Origin: a virus
Direction: 5' to 3' (one strand)
IMG/VR virus record: IMGVR_UViG_3300010413_000009
Coordinates: 81,629-101,415 of that record
Length of the DNA: 19,787 bases
This document shows, in pieces, positions 6,134 to 15,413 of this stretch. The notes under the pieces were generated by a model, which was not told where the DNA came from, did not search any database, and saw only the letters and a list, made by a program, of their open reading frames with translations. The translations under genes and the position numbers were made by a program. Position 1 is the stretch's first letter. The number at the start of each line of letters is the position of its first letter.

Positions 6134-7594
6134 TCACGACACCGTTACGTCTTCCGGACGAAGGAAAGCCGCAGTGACCCGGTTGAGAATACGGTCGCCA
6201 CTGACCTGGACCTCCAGTATGGAATCGGGGTCTGGCGCGGCGGCTATGACCCGGAAATCGGTTGGTGCCTCGCCAATCGGCAATCCGTTAACGTAGTTGG
6301 CGATGGCCTGCTGAATTGCCGACTTGTCGGCTTTAGCGCCTCTGCGCAACTGCACGTCGACCTTTATCCACGCAGGTTTTGCAGCGAATACAAGGACGTC
6401 GAGGCCAGGCTGCCGGATTTCCGGGCCATCCAGATAGTCCTGAATAGTTGCAACGTGCGGCATCGCCAGCAGTGTCAGATCAAACCGGCGGAAGCTTTCG
6501 CCTTCGGTCAGCCCGAAAGTCTCGCCGAGTTGCTCGATCTGCAAGGTTGCCGTTTGGTAACGGCTGAATCGCGCCTGCTCATACGTTTCTTCGAGCACTT
6601 TGCAATCGCTGATGCGCAAATCGGCATCGACGGCATGTGCGTCTGCAACATGGTAGAAGCCCGGAGCAGCATCACTATCAACGAACACGCGCCAGACGGA
6701 GCGCTTCTCCTCTTTTGTCACCAATCTCCCCAGAGCAATACTGCCGATTTGCGCAGGGTATGGTTGGCTGCGCAGGTAGATATCGATCCTGCCGCCTTTC
6801 GAGATTCCGTCACTTCCCGCATCCCTCGTCATTTCAGGATCGCCGGCGCCAATGACGGCAATATCCATGATGTCGGGCACGCGCTTTCGTACGAGTGCTT
6901 TGATATTTCCGCGCCCTGCGAAACTCGGAGTAGCAATGCTGGTACGCATCTGCCTGATCAATTCCTCGTTCGATTGTGCGGCAACGCCGCCTGTAAAATC
7001 ATGCGTGGCATAGGCCATATCGAAGCCTACCGGACGGATTGCAGGAACAAGAACATCATGGCGCTTGAGGTTGGCGTCGGGATGCATCGAAGCAGCTACC
7101 ACAGGCACTTGTATCGTGAACTTGCCGTCATCGCGCTCCACAGCGGCGACAGAGTGCCGCGTGAGGCCTACCGACCCGGGCGGCTTAACGCTAATTGGTT
7201 CGCTGACATAGAACAGCTGACCACGCGCGCGGAATTTGCTGTTGAGACCAAAATTGAGCCCGCTGCACCGCGTAAGCACAATAGTGATAGTCCCGGTTGC
7301 CTTGGTTGCCATACGCCGAGAGACACCGTAATTGGACGCTAATGCATCGACAGCCGCGTCGTCGGCCAGCGATGGATCTAGCGCGAGCTCCATCGCAGAT
7401 AGCGAGCGCCGCAGCCGCTCGATAGCCGCCATACTCGCGCCCTGCAACATGGCGTGCAGCCCGGTTACTAGATCGCCAACGACACCGCGACGTACATTCA
7501 AGTCCGGGCATTCCTCGGCGACAAATTGTGCGATCAGATCATGCGCGGCGGTTACCTGCGCATCATCTAATTCATCTGGATTCGGCCAATACAT
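6134..7594 (-). CDS. Baseplate J-like (gp6/gpJ-like) baseplate wedge protein.
   Basis: It is a 486-488-aa protein immediately downstream of a gp25/GPW-like gene, matching the canonical W-J order. The track start at 7600 is TTG (caa). The ATG at 7592-7594 (MYWPNPDELDD...) is preceded by AGGAG-N6 (aacctAGGAGttgcagATG), which overlaps the upstream TAG stop. The family call rests mainly on size and synteny; no diagnostic motif is recalled. Confidence 0.5.
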   Translation of the reverse strand: MYWPNPDELDDAQVTAAHDLIAQFVAEECPDLNVRRGVVGDLVTGLHAMLQGASMAAIERLRRSLSAMELALDPSLADDAAVDALASNYGVSRRMATKATGTITIVLTRCSGLNFGLNSKFRARGQLFYVSEPISVKPPGSVGLTRHSVAAVERDDGKFTIQVPVVAASMHPDANLKRHDVLVPAIRPVGFDMAYATHDFTGGVAAQSNEELIRQMRTSIATPSFAGRGNIKALVRKRVPDIMDIAVIGAGDPEMTRDAGSDGISKGGRIDIYLRSQPYPAQIGSIALGRLVTKEEKRSVWRVFVDSDAAPGFYHVADAHAVDADLRISDCKVLEETYEQARFSRYQTATLQIEQLGETFGLTEGESFRRFDLTLLAMPHVATIQDYLDGPEIRQPGLDVLVFAAKPAWIKVDVQLRRGAKADKSAIQQAIANYVNGLPIGEAPTDFRVIAAAPDPDSILEVQVSGDRILNRVTAAFLRPEDVTVS

Positions 7595-7603
7595 CTGCAA
7601 CTC

Positions 7604-8032
7604 CTAGGTTGGTATCGGCAATTTGATTGTCTTTCGTCCGGCTTCCGTGATCAGGACGATCTCCAAGCATACAACATCTGGCTGGATGTCAATGCTGACG
7701 AGATCGAGATCTGTCAGTCGCTGCTCGGGCGGATCATCCGGGACAGCCTCTGCACGAAGCGCGGCGACGATGTAGCTCTTCGATAGCCGAAACTGACCGA
7801 AGACATCCGCCTCAGTGTTGATATCGCCGTGGCGCCATGCCGAGATGAACGGGCACGCACGTTCCACGCTGCGCCCGAACGAATAACGTGCGCTCTGCGG
7901 TTCGGTTAGTAACACGCACATGACCCGCTGGACGAGTTCGTCCATGCCGTTAACCGCATCACAACCGTCATCAAACCATGGCAGGACGAAATCGTTTTCA
8001 TCGACACGCCATGCCGAGATGTCATTATTCAT
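7604..8032 (-). CDS. gp25/GPW-like baseplate wedge protein.
   Basis: The 142-aa protein contains LTEPQSARYSFGRSVERACPFISAWRHGDINTEADVFGQFRLSKSYIVAALRAEAVP followed by a C-terminal beta-strand-like LVSIDIQPDVVCLEIVLITEAGRKTIKLPI. This resembles the T4 gp25 pattern of a ...RxFxPxFG... loop, then an ExxIxxAIxxxEPR-like helix, then hydrophobic C-terminal strands. The size is typical. The ATG overlaps the upstream stop as ATGA. Confidence 0.55.
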   Translation of the reverse strand: MNNDISAWRVDENDFVLPWFDDGCDAVNGMDELVQRVMCVLLTEPQSARYSFGRSVERACPFISAWRHGDINTEADVFGQFRLSKSYIVAALRAEAVPDDPPEQRLTDLDLVSIDIQPDVVCLEIVLITEAGRKTIKLPIPT

Positions 8033-8469
8033 GATGTATCAAGCAGCTCTTGTACGTAGCCTTCGACGGATGCTTTGTGGACGCCGTACGTTACATTACC
8101 ATGCGCTCCGCGGCGTGCCGCAAGCAACATGAGCGCGCGCGTCGGCGTTCTGTGCCGATCCCTGAACGCACGCTCCATCATGCCCATGTAGCAAATCTCG
8201 AGGTTGCGCCCCATTGCTACTTTGCTTTTGTTCTCCCCGGTGCCCGCATATTCCGCACTGTAACCAGAATTGGACGTAGTCCGATTGAACGGATCGCCCA
8301 TATTCGGAATGTCGACGGGGTTGAACGTCCACCCGCCTGTATATCCGGCAGGAATCATCCAGAAGCGCTGCGTGCCCGGCGGCGATTGCTGTAGATAACC
8401 GGAGATCGCCTGTCCGAATGTCGCCATGTCGTCCATTAGCGACGAAAATTGTGGGTTTACACTGGCCAT
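8029..8469 (-). CDS. Hypothetical 146-aa protein, a possible small baseplate or spike component.
   Basis: ATG at 8467-8469 overlaps the TAA of the sigma gene as TAATG. Its stop overlaps the gp25-like start as ATGA. Its position is immediately upstream of the gp25-like gene. Confidence 0.4.
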   Translation of the reverse strand: MASVNPQFSSLMDDMATFGQAISGYLQQSPPGTQRFWMIPAGYTGGWTFNPVDIPNMGDPFNRTTSNSGYSAEYAGTGENKSKVAMGRNLEICYMGMMERAFRDRHRTPTRALMLLAARRGAHGNVTYGVHKASVEGYVQELLDTS

Positions 8470-9209
8470 TAGAGGATCTCCAGGGATTCACGCTGATCGA
8501 TTTTTCGCTGTATTTGTGCCATTCTGTGGCTCACGGCAGCTGGGCTGATTTTCAGCTGTGATGCGACCGCAATCGGTCTCGTTTTCGGATGTCCGTGCAA
8601 TCCGAGCACGCGCTCCATAATGAACTGGTTCGTAGGGTCAAGATCATCATAGACGAATTCCAGCCATGCGTCATGCTCTTCAGTGATGGGGCGCACGCGC
8701 GGATCGTACATACCAGCCCCTTCCTCGCCTGGACGCGTAATTGTGCCTGTGGCAAGCGGACGTCCGCTGCCGCGAATGTATTTCAACCGCTTCATCGACA
8801 GCCCGGTGTAGTCGGCGATTTCGTTATCGGATGGTGGACGTCCAAGCCGTTCCTCCAATTCCCGTGCCGCCGCCTCTGAACGCATCTGGTCGAGCGCAAC
8901 CTGCTCTGGGACGCGAATGATCTGTCGATGTTGTGATGCTAGCCGGCGCAATCGCTGCAATCGCGACATCAGATGTGTTTTAAGTGGGCCTTTGGCCGGG
9001 TCGTAAGAGGCCATTGCGTTTGCGGCCAGCCGCTTTGCCTGCGACTTCATGGTTACGCCGCGGGCTGACGGGCCGGCATAAGTTCGCAGTGCTGTATTCA
9101 GCACCGGATCGATAGCTTTCAGCATACGCCCCATGTTAGTTGGCGAAGGATCGTCTAGCCACGTGCTGTATGGTTTCTGCAGTTCTGGTTCCAGTAGGTT
9201 CTTTGGCAT
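8469..9209 (-). CDS. Sigma-70 family RNA polymerase sigma factor of small (group 3/4-like) size, embedded within the tail gene cluster.
   Basis: The segment KTHLMSRLQRLRRLASQHRQIIRVPEQVA fits the region 2.4/3.0 pattern (RxIRxPxH). The segment LGRPPSDNEIADYTGLSMKRLKYI resembles region 3/4.1. The C-terminal NQFIMERVLGLHGHPKTRPIAVASQLKISPAAVSHRMAQIQRKI is a region 4.2 helix-turn-helix. The start has a GAGGT Shine-Dalgarno 7 nt upstream (TGAGGTAGCCACGATG), which overlaps the upstream gene's TGA stop. Confidence 0.7.
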   Translation of the reverse strand: MPKNLLEPELQKPYSTWLDDPSPTNMGRMLKAIDPVLNTALRTYAGPSARGVTMKSQAKRLAANAMASYDPAKGPLKTHLMSRLQRLRRLASQHRQIIRVPEQVALDQMRSEAAARELEERLGRPPSDNEIADYTGLSMKRLKYIRGSGRPLATGTITRPGEEGAGMYDPRVRPITEEHDAWLEFVYDDLDPTNQFIMERVLGLHGHPKTRPIAVASQLKISPAAVSHRMAQIQRKIDQRESLEIL

Positions 9210-9219
9210 CGTGGCTACC

Positions 9220-10896
9220 TCATGTACAGCTGCCAGTTGTGCTTGGGCACGTTGCAGACGCTGTCAGGTTGTAATCGCCTGCAAACACATTGCTATACAG
9301 TGGATGCGCCGTCACCGTATAGTTATCGCTGTTGTGCTCGGCCTCAGTACGCACATGTGCCATTCGGAAGGCTGTATAGCATCGCTGATGCTGCGCATCG
9401 AAGAAATGGGTAGTGCGCACCACGGTGCCGTAGCGCTTTTCTCCGGCGCCGGGTGGTTGTGACGAACCAGTCGTTCCCTGAAACGAAATAGTCGATCCTG
9501 GCGAGATATCAAAGCGTACGGGCCCAACGATATCACCCCAACGGTTCTTGAGTAGTTCGTTGACGTACATAGCATGGGCCAGTTCGTCGAGCAATATTTC
9601 TGCATCCAGCTTCTGATCGACTGGATCTGGCACGACCGCGTTAGGTGTGCCGGCGCCTGGATGGTTATGCGCATTGCCGCGGACGCTATTGATACCAGTA
9701 GAATCCGCTGTGAACACTGATGGGATCACGAACTCAGAGAGATACTTAGGTGCCCGCTTCAGGATAACGATCCCATCGTTCCTGCCGACGTACATTCCGC
9801 CGATGGTGTCATCATTAACCGCGTCGTCAGGGATAAGGTTGCCGCCAGCACGCGAACCGTGCCCAGCAAAGTAGCCGACAGCGCGGGTAGCCCGGGGCAG
9901 GAACGCATTCATGTCCTGCTGCGACATATCGATCGACTCGATCGTGGCCGCCGCAGCGTATGGATTCCACTCAGCACGCAGCCCGGGAATGAACGGCACG
10001 ATAGCCGCGCGCTCAGGATACGGAATCAGCTTGAAGAAGAACTTCGGCGATAGCTCATTCACGATCTTATCCCAGAACGTGGTATGCGCCATCGCGTGCA
10101 TTGTGTTCGAGATATTGGAAGGTGTGAGCGTCGTCACAGCGATATCATCGGCAATGGCCATTGCTGCGATGTCCGCATCAACCCCGCCTGGGATTTTGAA
10201 TTGTAACGTCTCACTACCAGTATTGATCAGGCTAAGCGCCGCTTTCGCCTCGTGATTCACGCTATCGTTCGTATCGTTGCCGCCTTTCGCCTGGAACTGT
10301 ACGATGTTAATTCGATCTTCACAGGCAAGTTCATTGAACCATGGAAGTAATGCATCGCCCCAGAGATCTACCTGTATGTTCGTGGCCGTTACGACAGACT
10401 GCGCGGCCGTGCGCGCCACGAAATGCGTCAACGCGCCACCAGACGGATCTAAAGCAATCGCGGAATTGAAGATGAAATGCGTCGGATTCTGTGGGTGACT
10501 CGTTGCACTCAGCGTCGAGGCGAAGCTTAATGCACTAAGCCAGTGTGTACCCTCTACAGTCATGGCGTATCCATTATGCACGCGCCGATAACCAACGCCA
10601 GTAACCCATCCACAGAACAGTACGTACGTCCCGGCGGGCCATACGCGGGGCGTACCGGTCGCTGTCGATGTCACCTTGACTACAAGTGGAATTTGCAGGG
10701 GTGTATTGAGCCCGGCAGCAGTATGAGCTGTCGATGCCGTGTACGGAGGTAGCGCAGTGTAGCCGACGGGGAGCACGGCAGTGCAGCTAGGAATTCGATT
10801 CATCTCGTACGAGACTTCGAATTGCACGAGCTCCACTGTGACCGGCGTTGCGCCGATCTCCGCCCAGAGATCGAAATCGATTGCTACATAACTCAT
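9220..10896 (-). CDS. Hypothetical 558-aa structural protein, a candidate baseplate hub or central component.
   Basis: The long ORF is co-directional, and its ATG at 10894-10896 overlaps the upstream stop as ATGA. Its composition is rich in Thr, Ser, Ala, Gly, Asn and Val and is beta-like. It occupies the position between the tape-measure candidate and the gp25/J pair, where hub proteins sit in Mu/P2-like modules. No motif was recognised. Confidence 0.4.
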   Translation of the reverse strand: MSYVAIDFDLWAEIGATPVTVELVQFEVSYEMNRIPSCTAVLPVGYTALPPYTASTAHTAAGLNTPLQIPLVVKVTSTATGTPRVWPAGTYVLFCGWVTGVGYRRVHNGYAMTVEGTHWLSALSFASTLSATSHPQNPTHFIFNSAIALDPSGGALTHFVARTAAQSVVTATNIQVDLWGDALLPWFNELACEDRINIVQFQAKGGNDTNDSVNHEAKAALSLINTGSETLQFKIPGGVDADIAAMAIADDIAVTTLTPSNISNTMHAMAHTTFWDKIVNELSPKFFFKLIPYPERAAIVPFIPGLRAEWNPYAAAATIESIDMSQQDMNAFLPRATRAVGYFAGHGSRAGGNLIPDDAVNDDTIGGMYVGRNDGIVILKRAPKYLSEFVIPSVFTADSTGINSVRGNAHNHPGAGTPNAVVPDPVDQKLDAEILLDELAHAMYVNELLKNRWGDIVGPVRFDISPGSTISFQGTTGSSQPPGAGEKRYGTVVRTTHFFDAQHQRCYTAFRMAHVRTEAEHNSDNYTVTAHPLYSNVFAGDYNLTASATCPSTTGSCT

Positions 10897-11357
10897 TTGC
10901 GTGCGCGCTCCGTGCAGTAAACCATAGCCAGTACCAGCGCGCCAAGCTTGTATGGTAATTGGTCACTGTTCTTCCACAACTCGAACAATATTTCGTTCGT
11001 CTCTTCCGCGGTATCGCCGAACAATTCCCGCTCACTTGCCGGAGTGAGCACAGCTGCGAGTTGCGGAACGAATGCTGCCAGATCATCGCAATCTGATCCA
11101 AAATGAATATTGTCGAATGGCAGATACGTTATGCGCGGGTCTGGTGCCAACACGAGATCTTCAAGTTCGGTGGCGTGCACCAACTGCATAAGCTGCCTGA
11201 TGCGCAACTGATTGGCGGGCGTGCGACCGAATAGCACGACTTTGAGCTTGTCAACTACTTCCGGAACTGGCATCGGAACAAAGTCCGGGTCGACATACTC
11301 GTCGCTGGGATAGCCCGGCGGCATGTTTTGTAGCAGTGTTCTTACGTGGTTGATCAT
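10893..11357 (-). CDS. Hypothetical 154-aa protein.
   Basis: ATG at 11355-11357 overlaps the upstream stop as ATGA. The gene is co-directional and lies in the tail module. Confidence 0.4.
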   Translation of the reverse strand: MINHVRTLLQNMPPGYPSDEYVDPDFVPMPVPEVVDKLKVVLFGRTPANQLRIRQLMQLVHATELEDLVLAPDPRITYLPFDNIHFGSDCDDLAAFVPQLAAVLTPASERELFGDTAEETNEILFELWKNSDQLPYKLGALVLAMVYCTERARK

Positions 11358-11806
11358 GATGGTATCGTCTTGAAATTGAATTGGAATCGCGCCAGTCGCG
11401 ACTCTGGATTCATGTACTGAAACGTACCGCCCACAAGGAAACCAACAGCTACGTATCCGGCGAATTGCAGCGCCAGTGCTGTACCGGTCGCGGCAATCCT
11501 ATAGTTGGTATAGTAGGTAATAGCTGTCGTAAGGCCGTGAACGAAATTGGCGCATTCCAGCCCCGCGATGCCCGTGACCACAACATCACCCATGCGCTCG
11601 CCGAATACATAGACGTACGTATAGTTGCGCAGCGTGAGCAGAAACTGGTAGTTGCCGGCTGTGCTCGCGCTAACACCCGCTAACGCTGCATTCTGCGCAG
11701 AAACACCTTGCGACCAGTTAGCCATCTGAAAGTTGATCACACCGGCAGTTGCCGTTGAGAGCACTTTCATAACGCCTGAACCGACGCCACCGAACATGTA
11801 AGCCAT
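11354..11806 (-). CDS. Hypothetical protein of about 150 aa with a hydrophobic stretch. The start is re-assigned to ATG 11806.
   Basis: The track ORF 11354..12022 would overlap the upstream 668-aa gene by about 210 nt. The internal ATG at 11804-11806 (MAYMFGGVGSG...) lies 5 nt after the upstream TAA and is preceded by AGGAG-N9 (ggcgcAGGAGcgtaacataATG). The segment IAATGTALALQFAGYVAVGFLVGG looks like a transmembrane region. Confidence 0.4.
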   Translation of the reverse strand: MAYMFGGVGSGVMKVLSTATAGVINFQMANWSQGVSAQNAALAGVSASTAGNYQFLLTLRNYTYVYVFGERMGDVVVTGIAGLECANFVHGLTTAITYYTNYRIAATGTALALQFAGYVAVGFLVGGTFQYMNPESRLARFQFNFKTIPS

Positions 11807-11810
11807 TATG

Positions 11811-13817
11811 TTACGCTCCTGCGCCCATAGGCTGCGCTGCAACTCCGTGGACGTCCCCGCCCGCGTTACCCGCGTCCTTCCACATATCTCCCCAGTTCGT
11901 GATCTCGACCGGTGTGACGCCGCTGCCGCCCTGTCCCGGCCGTGTTGGCGCATCGTTTTGAAGCGGGTTCTCCTTGGCGGGCTCATTTCCGGCGCGGTCA
12001 CCCCGCATTGCCTTCCTGTCACGATCGTACCCGCCGAAAAAGCGCGCTAAAAGCTTGCCTGCATCATCTGCTTCACCGACGCCGCGCATGATACGCCCGA
12101 CCGGACCCTCCTGTGCCTCTGCCGCATGCTTTTGGTCTTCTGCCGCAGCGGCCTCCGCCTCCTCCGTGGTCTGCCTAATCGAGCCCAGCATCTCCTTGCT
12201 ATGCAGTGCTGCCGCATGTCCGGCACCCCCGCGGTAACCGCGACTGATTGCGGCTTCGCCGGCGGCACCCATTGCGACCGTGGCTGCAGACTCCGCACGA
12301 CTGCCGCGCAATCCCATCTTATTGAGTCGCTTGATGACAGCTTCGCGCACTTCCTCCTGAGATTGTCCTGCGGTATCGCGGATAACATCGGTGACGCCCT
12401 GCCCGAGCTGCATTGCGCGGCGTGCGCCCATGTGTCCGCGCGTGCCTAGCTGGTTAGCGACTGCCCGGCTCATGAAGTCACCGACATCAGCATCCCACTG
12501 CGTTTCGCGTACCGCACCGGCTACTTCAGCGCCGTACAGCCTGCGGTTTTCATTGCGCTGCTGTAGCATAGTCAAAGCATCAGTCATGTTGACACCGCTG
12601 CCGCGCATCAAATTGCGGAACTGTCCAGGTTCCGTAATGTTGAATTCGCCTTTATCTTTGAGGTTCGTGTACGCCTTGAACGCCTGCGAACCCTTACGCA
12701 ACATTCCAGTCTCGCCCATGCGCATCAGCGCCGACGCCATATTGCCGGATTCACTCTGGCCTGCCTGCACAGTGAGCAGAGCATCCTGCTGCATCAGTTC
12801 AGATGCACTCACGCCTGCCGCCCGGATAAGTCCCTGTCCCTTATCTTTCGCGTAAGCGCCGAATGCCATAGCATGCTGTCCAGCACCGACACCTTGCAGC
12901 ACGTCACCGCCGAGTTCCACCGCACGCATACCCGCCGCCTGCTGAAGACCAAGTGCCTCACCAGCCGAGATATTAGCGCGCTGCGACAGCTGCTTGAACA
13001 TTCGCACTTGATGTTCGAGAACATCATTATCGACGCCGCGGCCAAAGCCGCCCATCGTCATGACGTCTAGTGTCTGTAACATTTGGGTGGGTGGCAATGC
13101 TGCAAATGGACCGCCAAGATCGCGGACGGCGCTCGCGGAATGCGAAATCGAACGGCCGAACTCATGTCGTTGTTCCTTCGACATATTGAGATAATCAGCC
13201 GGCCCGACACCCATATCCTGCGCTGCGCGTACCAGACCAGAAACACGGCCTTTGCGGAAACCACGAGTCTCTTCAGGACGCAATTCGCCCATCTGCGCCG
13301 TAATCTGGCTTGTTGCAGCGCGCAGCTGCTGCTGGTTCATCCCGGTCCCGGGCATATCTGGAATCTGCATGCGATTACGGAGCATTTCCGAGTAATTCGC
13401 TGCGGCCTGGCCACCACCCATACCCAATTCATCGAGGACGTCGCCAGGCATCATCGTGCCGAGAAACGGCATTGCCGCTCCCATCATTCGGCCAAAATCG
13501 GCTGTTTGGGCGAATGCCGATGCTTCCTGGCCAATCTTGGGAGTTAGCAGCCCCATCCCGACGAGACCGCCGCCGGGTTGAGTGCCCATGATGAAATCTT
13601 GGAAGCCCTTGGCCGCCTCAGGCGCACCGATATCCATGATGGACTGCATCTGGCCTGACGAGAACTCACGGGCACGGCGCGTATCCATGATGTTCTGGTT
13701 CGGCTGCCACTGGCCAAAGTCCATGCCTTTCGGCATAATCTGCGGGCCGAGCATCTGGATGACCATATCCAGCAACGGATTGCCAGTATAGCTTGCGTCA
13801 GGACGCCAGGCGGGCAT
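11811..13817 (-). CDS. Low-complexity 668-aa protein rich in Met, Gly, Ala and Gln. It may be a tape-measure or internal virion protein.
   Basis: The composition shows runs such as MGGAMPFLGTMMPGDVLDELGMGGGQ and MQIPDMPGTGMNQQQL. It lies between the tube-side genes and the baseplate genes. ATG at 13815-13817 is preceded by GGGGAAG. No catalytic motif was seen. Confidence 0.4.
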   Translation of the reverse strand: MPAWRPDASYTGNPLLDMVIQMLGPQIMPKGMDFGQWQPNQNIMDTRRAREFSSGQMQSIMDIGAPEAAKGFQDFIMGTQPGGGLVGMGLLTPKIGQEASAFAQTADFGRMMGAAMPFLGTMMPGDVLDELGMGGGQAAANYSEMLRNRMQIPDMPGTGMNQQQLRAATSQITAQMGELRPEETRGFRKGRVSGLVRAAQDMGVGPADYLNMSKEQRHEFGRSISHSASAVRDLGGPFAALPPTQMLQTLDVMTMGGFGRGVDNDVLEHQVRMFKQLSQRANISAGEALGLQQAAGMRAVELGGDVLQGVGAGQHAMAFGAYAKDKGQGLIRAAGVSASELMQQDALLTVQAGQSESGNMASALMRMGETGMLRKGSQAFKAYTNLKDKGEFNITEPGQFRNLMRGSGVNMTDALTMLQQRNENRRLYGAEVAGAVRETQWDADVGDFMSRAVANQLGTRGHMGARRAMQLGQGVTDVIRDTAGQSQEEVREAVIKRLNKMGLRGSRAESAATVAMGAAGEAAISRGYRGGAGHAAALHSKEMLGSIRQTTEEAEAAAAEDQKHAAEAQEGPVGRIMRGVGEADDAGKLLARFFGGYDRDRKAMRGDRAGNEPAKENPLQNDAPTRPGQGGSGVTPVEITNWGDMWKDAGNAGGDVHGVAAQPMGAGA

Positions 13818-14208
13818 AATGACTTCCCCATTTCATGAGTTGTTTACGAATGGCTTCCTTGCCCTTCTTGCTACGCGGATCCGGGAAGCGCTTTAGATAA
13901 CGCCTCCGCATCTCTGCGACTGTTTCCTCGACTGTTTTGGGGCCGGTGTCGAGCCACGGCATGAGTTCATTTATTGCGCTGTTTCTAGCTATCTCCGCTT
14001 GTTTGAAGTGCAAATCGAACGTCGGCCTGGTGGTGTCATAGCTCAGTAGTGCCAGGTTATAATTGAACTTGTATTCATATGCCCGCGCACGTAGTTTCCG
14101 CAGCAGGTAATCTGATACCATTGCTGCCCGTTGCCACCACCTGCCGGATAGTATATCACCTTTGAAGTCCAGCATACCCTCGCAATATGCCTGGACCAGT
14201 AGACACAC
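13798..14208 (-). CDS. Hypothetical small basic protein of 125-136 aa, immediately upstream of the Met/Gly-rich gene and overlapping it by 20 nt.
   Basis: The track start at 14208 is GTG (cac). An in-frame ATG at 14173-14175 gives MLDFKGDIL... The C-terminus (…MKWGSHYARLAS) overlaps the start of the next gene. Confidence 0.35.
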   Translation of the reverse strand: MCLLVQAYCEGMLDFKGDILSGRWWQRAAMVSDYLLRKLRARAYEYKFNYNLALLSYDTTRPTFDLHFKQAEIARNSAINELMPWLDTGPKTVEETVAEMRRRYLKRFPDPRSKKGKEAIRKQLMKWGSHYARLAS

Positions 14209-15413
14209 TAACCGGTTCTGTCGAAAAAACTCGGATCACTTGCGTGTGCCTCGATGTGCTGCAACAGTTTGCAGAATCGGACCCACTGTGCGCCGACGGC
14301 GGAACGCAGGCTATCCGTCGTGAAGATCTCATTGTTGAGATAATCACTTAGGAGCTGTAACGGCTCACCTTCCTTGTCGTCAATATCGGCGATTGCCGGA
14401 AGTTTGATTTCGCCCCTGCCAGCGCGTCGCACCGACTCGATACCCATGGCCATCTTGTAGTTCTCGACCATCGCCACGTATTGCATCACGTGCTTGACCG
14501 TGCCACTGGCGACTGCCTTGTCTGCATGAACAATGGCAAGATCGACTTCCTTTGGCAGCAAGCCACGGAAGACTACGATGATGCGCCCGCCAAACAACTT
14601 GATCTCCTTGCGAAACCGCGCATCGTCGGCCATCAGCGTGGCGACATATGCCACAATGTCTTCATCCGTCGGCACTACGGTTTCACCATTGAGATCGAAG
14701 TTACACCGCGGGCAATATGTCGTTGTGTTGGACAGGTCGGCGCCGCTACCCGTTGGATTTTGATCACCTGAAGAAATTTCGGGTGCAGCGGGAACCACTG
14801 TTTCGGCTGCAACTGCTGCCGGTTTCTTCAGCTTAAACGGCGAAATTGGCCGGTCATCAGTCATGCCGATGTCATCAACCAACTCAATCCCGCCACGCTC
14901 ACGTGTCGCCGCCGCGGTCGCGGCCGCAATGGCCGCAGCGGCACCCGGCTTTGCAAGTACCTGTGGAGGCGGCTGATGTGGCGCCTGTGCGCGGGCCTTA
15001 CGCGCAGCATTCATCCGTGCCTGTAGCTCATCCATCTCACCGAATATGCGCAGCGCTTTCTCCTGCTCGGCAGGCGGAAGGCTTTCGATATCAACGGGTG
15101 TCGGAGGCTCCAGCGGCGGCGTTGCCGGATCGATGGGCGACAGATCCTGGTAGTCTTCTGCGTCCTCGCGGATCTTCTCGACCTCTTTCTGCAACTGCTT
15201 GCCGACGGCTGTGCCGCGGAAGTTAGGCACGGGCTCGCCCGGCCGCCAGCCCGCCTTCTCGATGATTGCGCGCTCGGCATCTGTCAGGTCATCATGTCCG
15301 CGCACAGTCTGTAGCGGTACGCGTCCAAGCACCGTTCCTGGCGGCGGCGGAAGCGTGCCATAGTCAGCTGCTGGCGCTACAGCGAATTGCTTACGGCGTG
15401 GAGGTAATGTCAT
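14208..15413 (-). CDS. Hypothetical 401-aa protein with a Pro/Ala-rich central linker and a C-terminal globular domain.
   Basis: ATG at 15411-15413 overlaps the upstream stop as ATGA. The central region reads PPLEPPTPVDIESLPPAEQE...APHQPPPQVLAKPGAAAAIAAATAAAT and is low-complexity. A C-terminal CPRCNFDLNGE segment is present. Confidence 0.4.
   Translation of the reverse strand: MTLPPRRKQFAVAPAADYGTLPPPPGTVLGRVPLQTVRGHDDLTDAERAIIEKAGWRPGEPVPNFRGTAVGKQLQKEVEKIREDAEDYQDLSPIDPATPPLEPPTPVDIESLPPAEQEKALRIFGEMDELQARMNAARKARAQAPHQPPPQVLAKPGAAAAIAAATAAATRERGGIELVDDIGMTDDRPISPFKLKKPAAVAAETVVPAAPEISSGDQNPTGSGADLSNTTTYCPRCNFDLNGETVVPTDEDIVAYVATLMADDARFRKEIKLFGGRIIVVFRGLLPKEVDLAIVHADKAVASGTVKHVMQYVAMVENYKMAMGIESVRRAGRGEIKLPAIADIDDKEGEPLQLLSDYLNNEIFTTDSLRSAVGAQWVRFCKLLQHIEAHASDPSFFDRTG

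Noticed and set aside
6062-7342. 426-aa ORF on the plus strand.
   Set aside because: It is antisense to the Baseplate-J-like gene. The minus-strand gene has operon continuity, with a stop/SD/ATG junction to the gp25-like gene. The plus-strand ORF has no such context. Long antisense ORFs are expected in GC-rich DNA.
8096-8491. 131-aa alternative-frame ORF on the minus strand overlapping the 146-aa gene.
   Set aside because: It is in a different frame and overlaps the sigma gene's end. The 8029..8469 frame has exact ATGA and TAATG coupling to both neighbours.
11354-12022. 222-aa version of the small gene downstream of the Met/Gly-rich protein.
   Set aside because: It would overlap the 668-aa gene by about 210 nt. 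The internal ATG at 11806 has an AGGAG site and sits 5 nt after the upstream stop.
13798-15413. Possible programmed-frameshift chaperone pair (G/GT-like) upstream of the tape-measure candidate.
   Set aside because: The two ORFs meet end-to-start with a 1-nt overlap rather than having an overlapping slippery heptamer. The upstream one, at 401 aa, is far too large. No XXXYYYZ slippery site was noticed at the junction.
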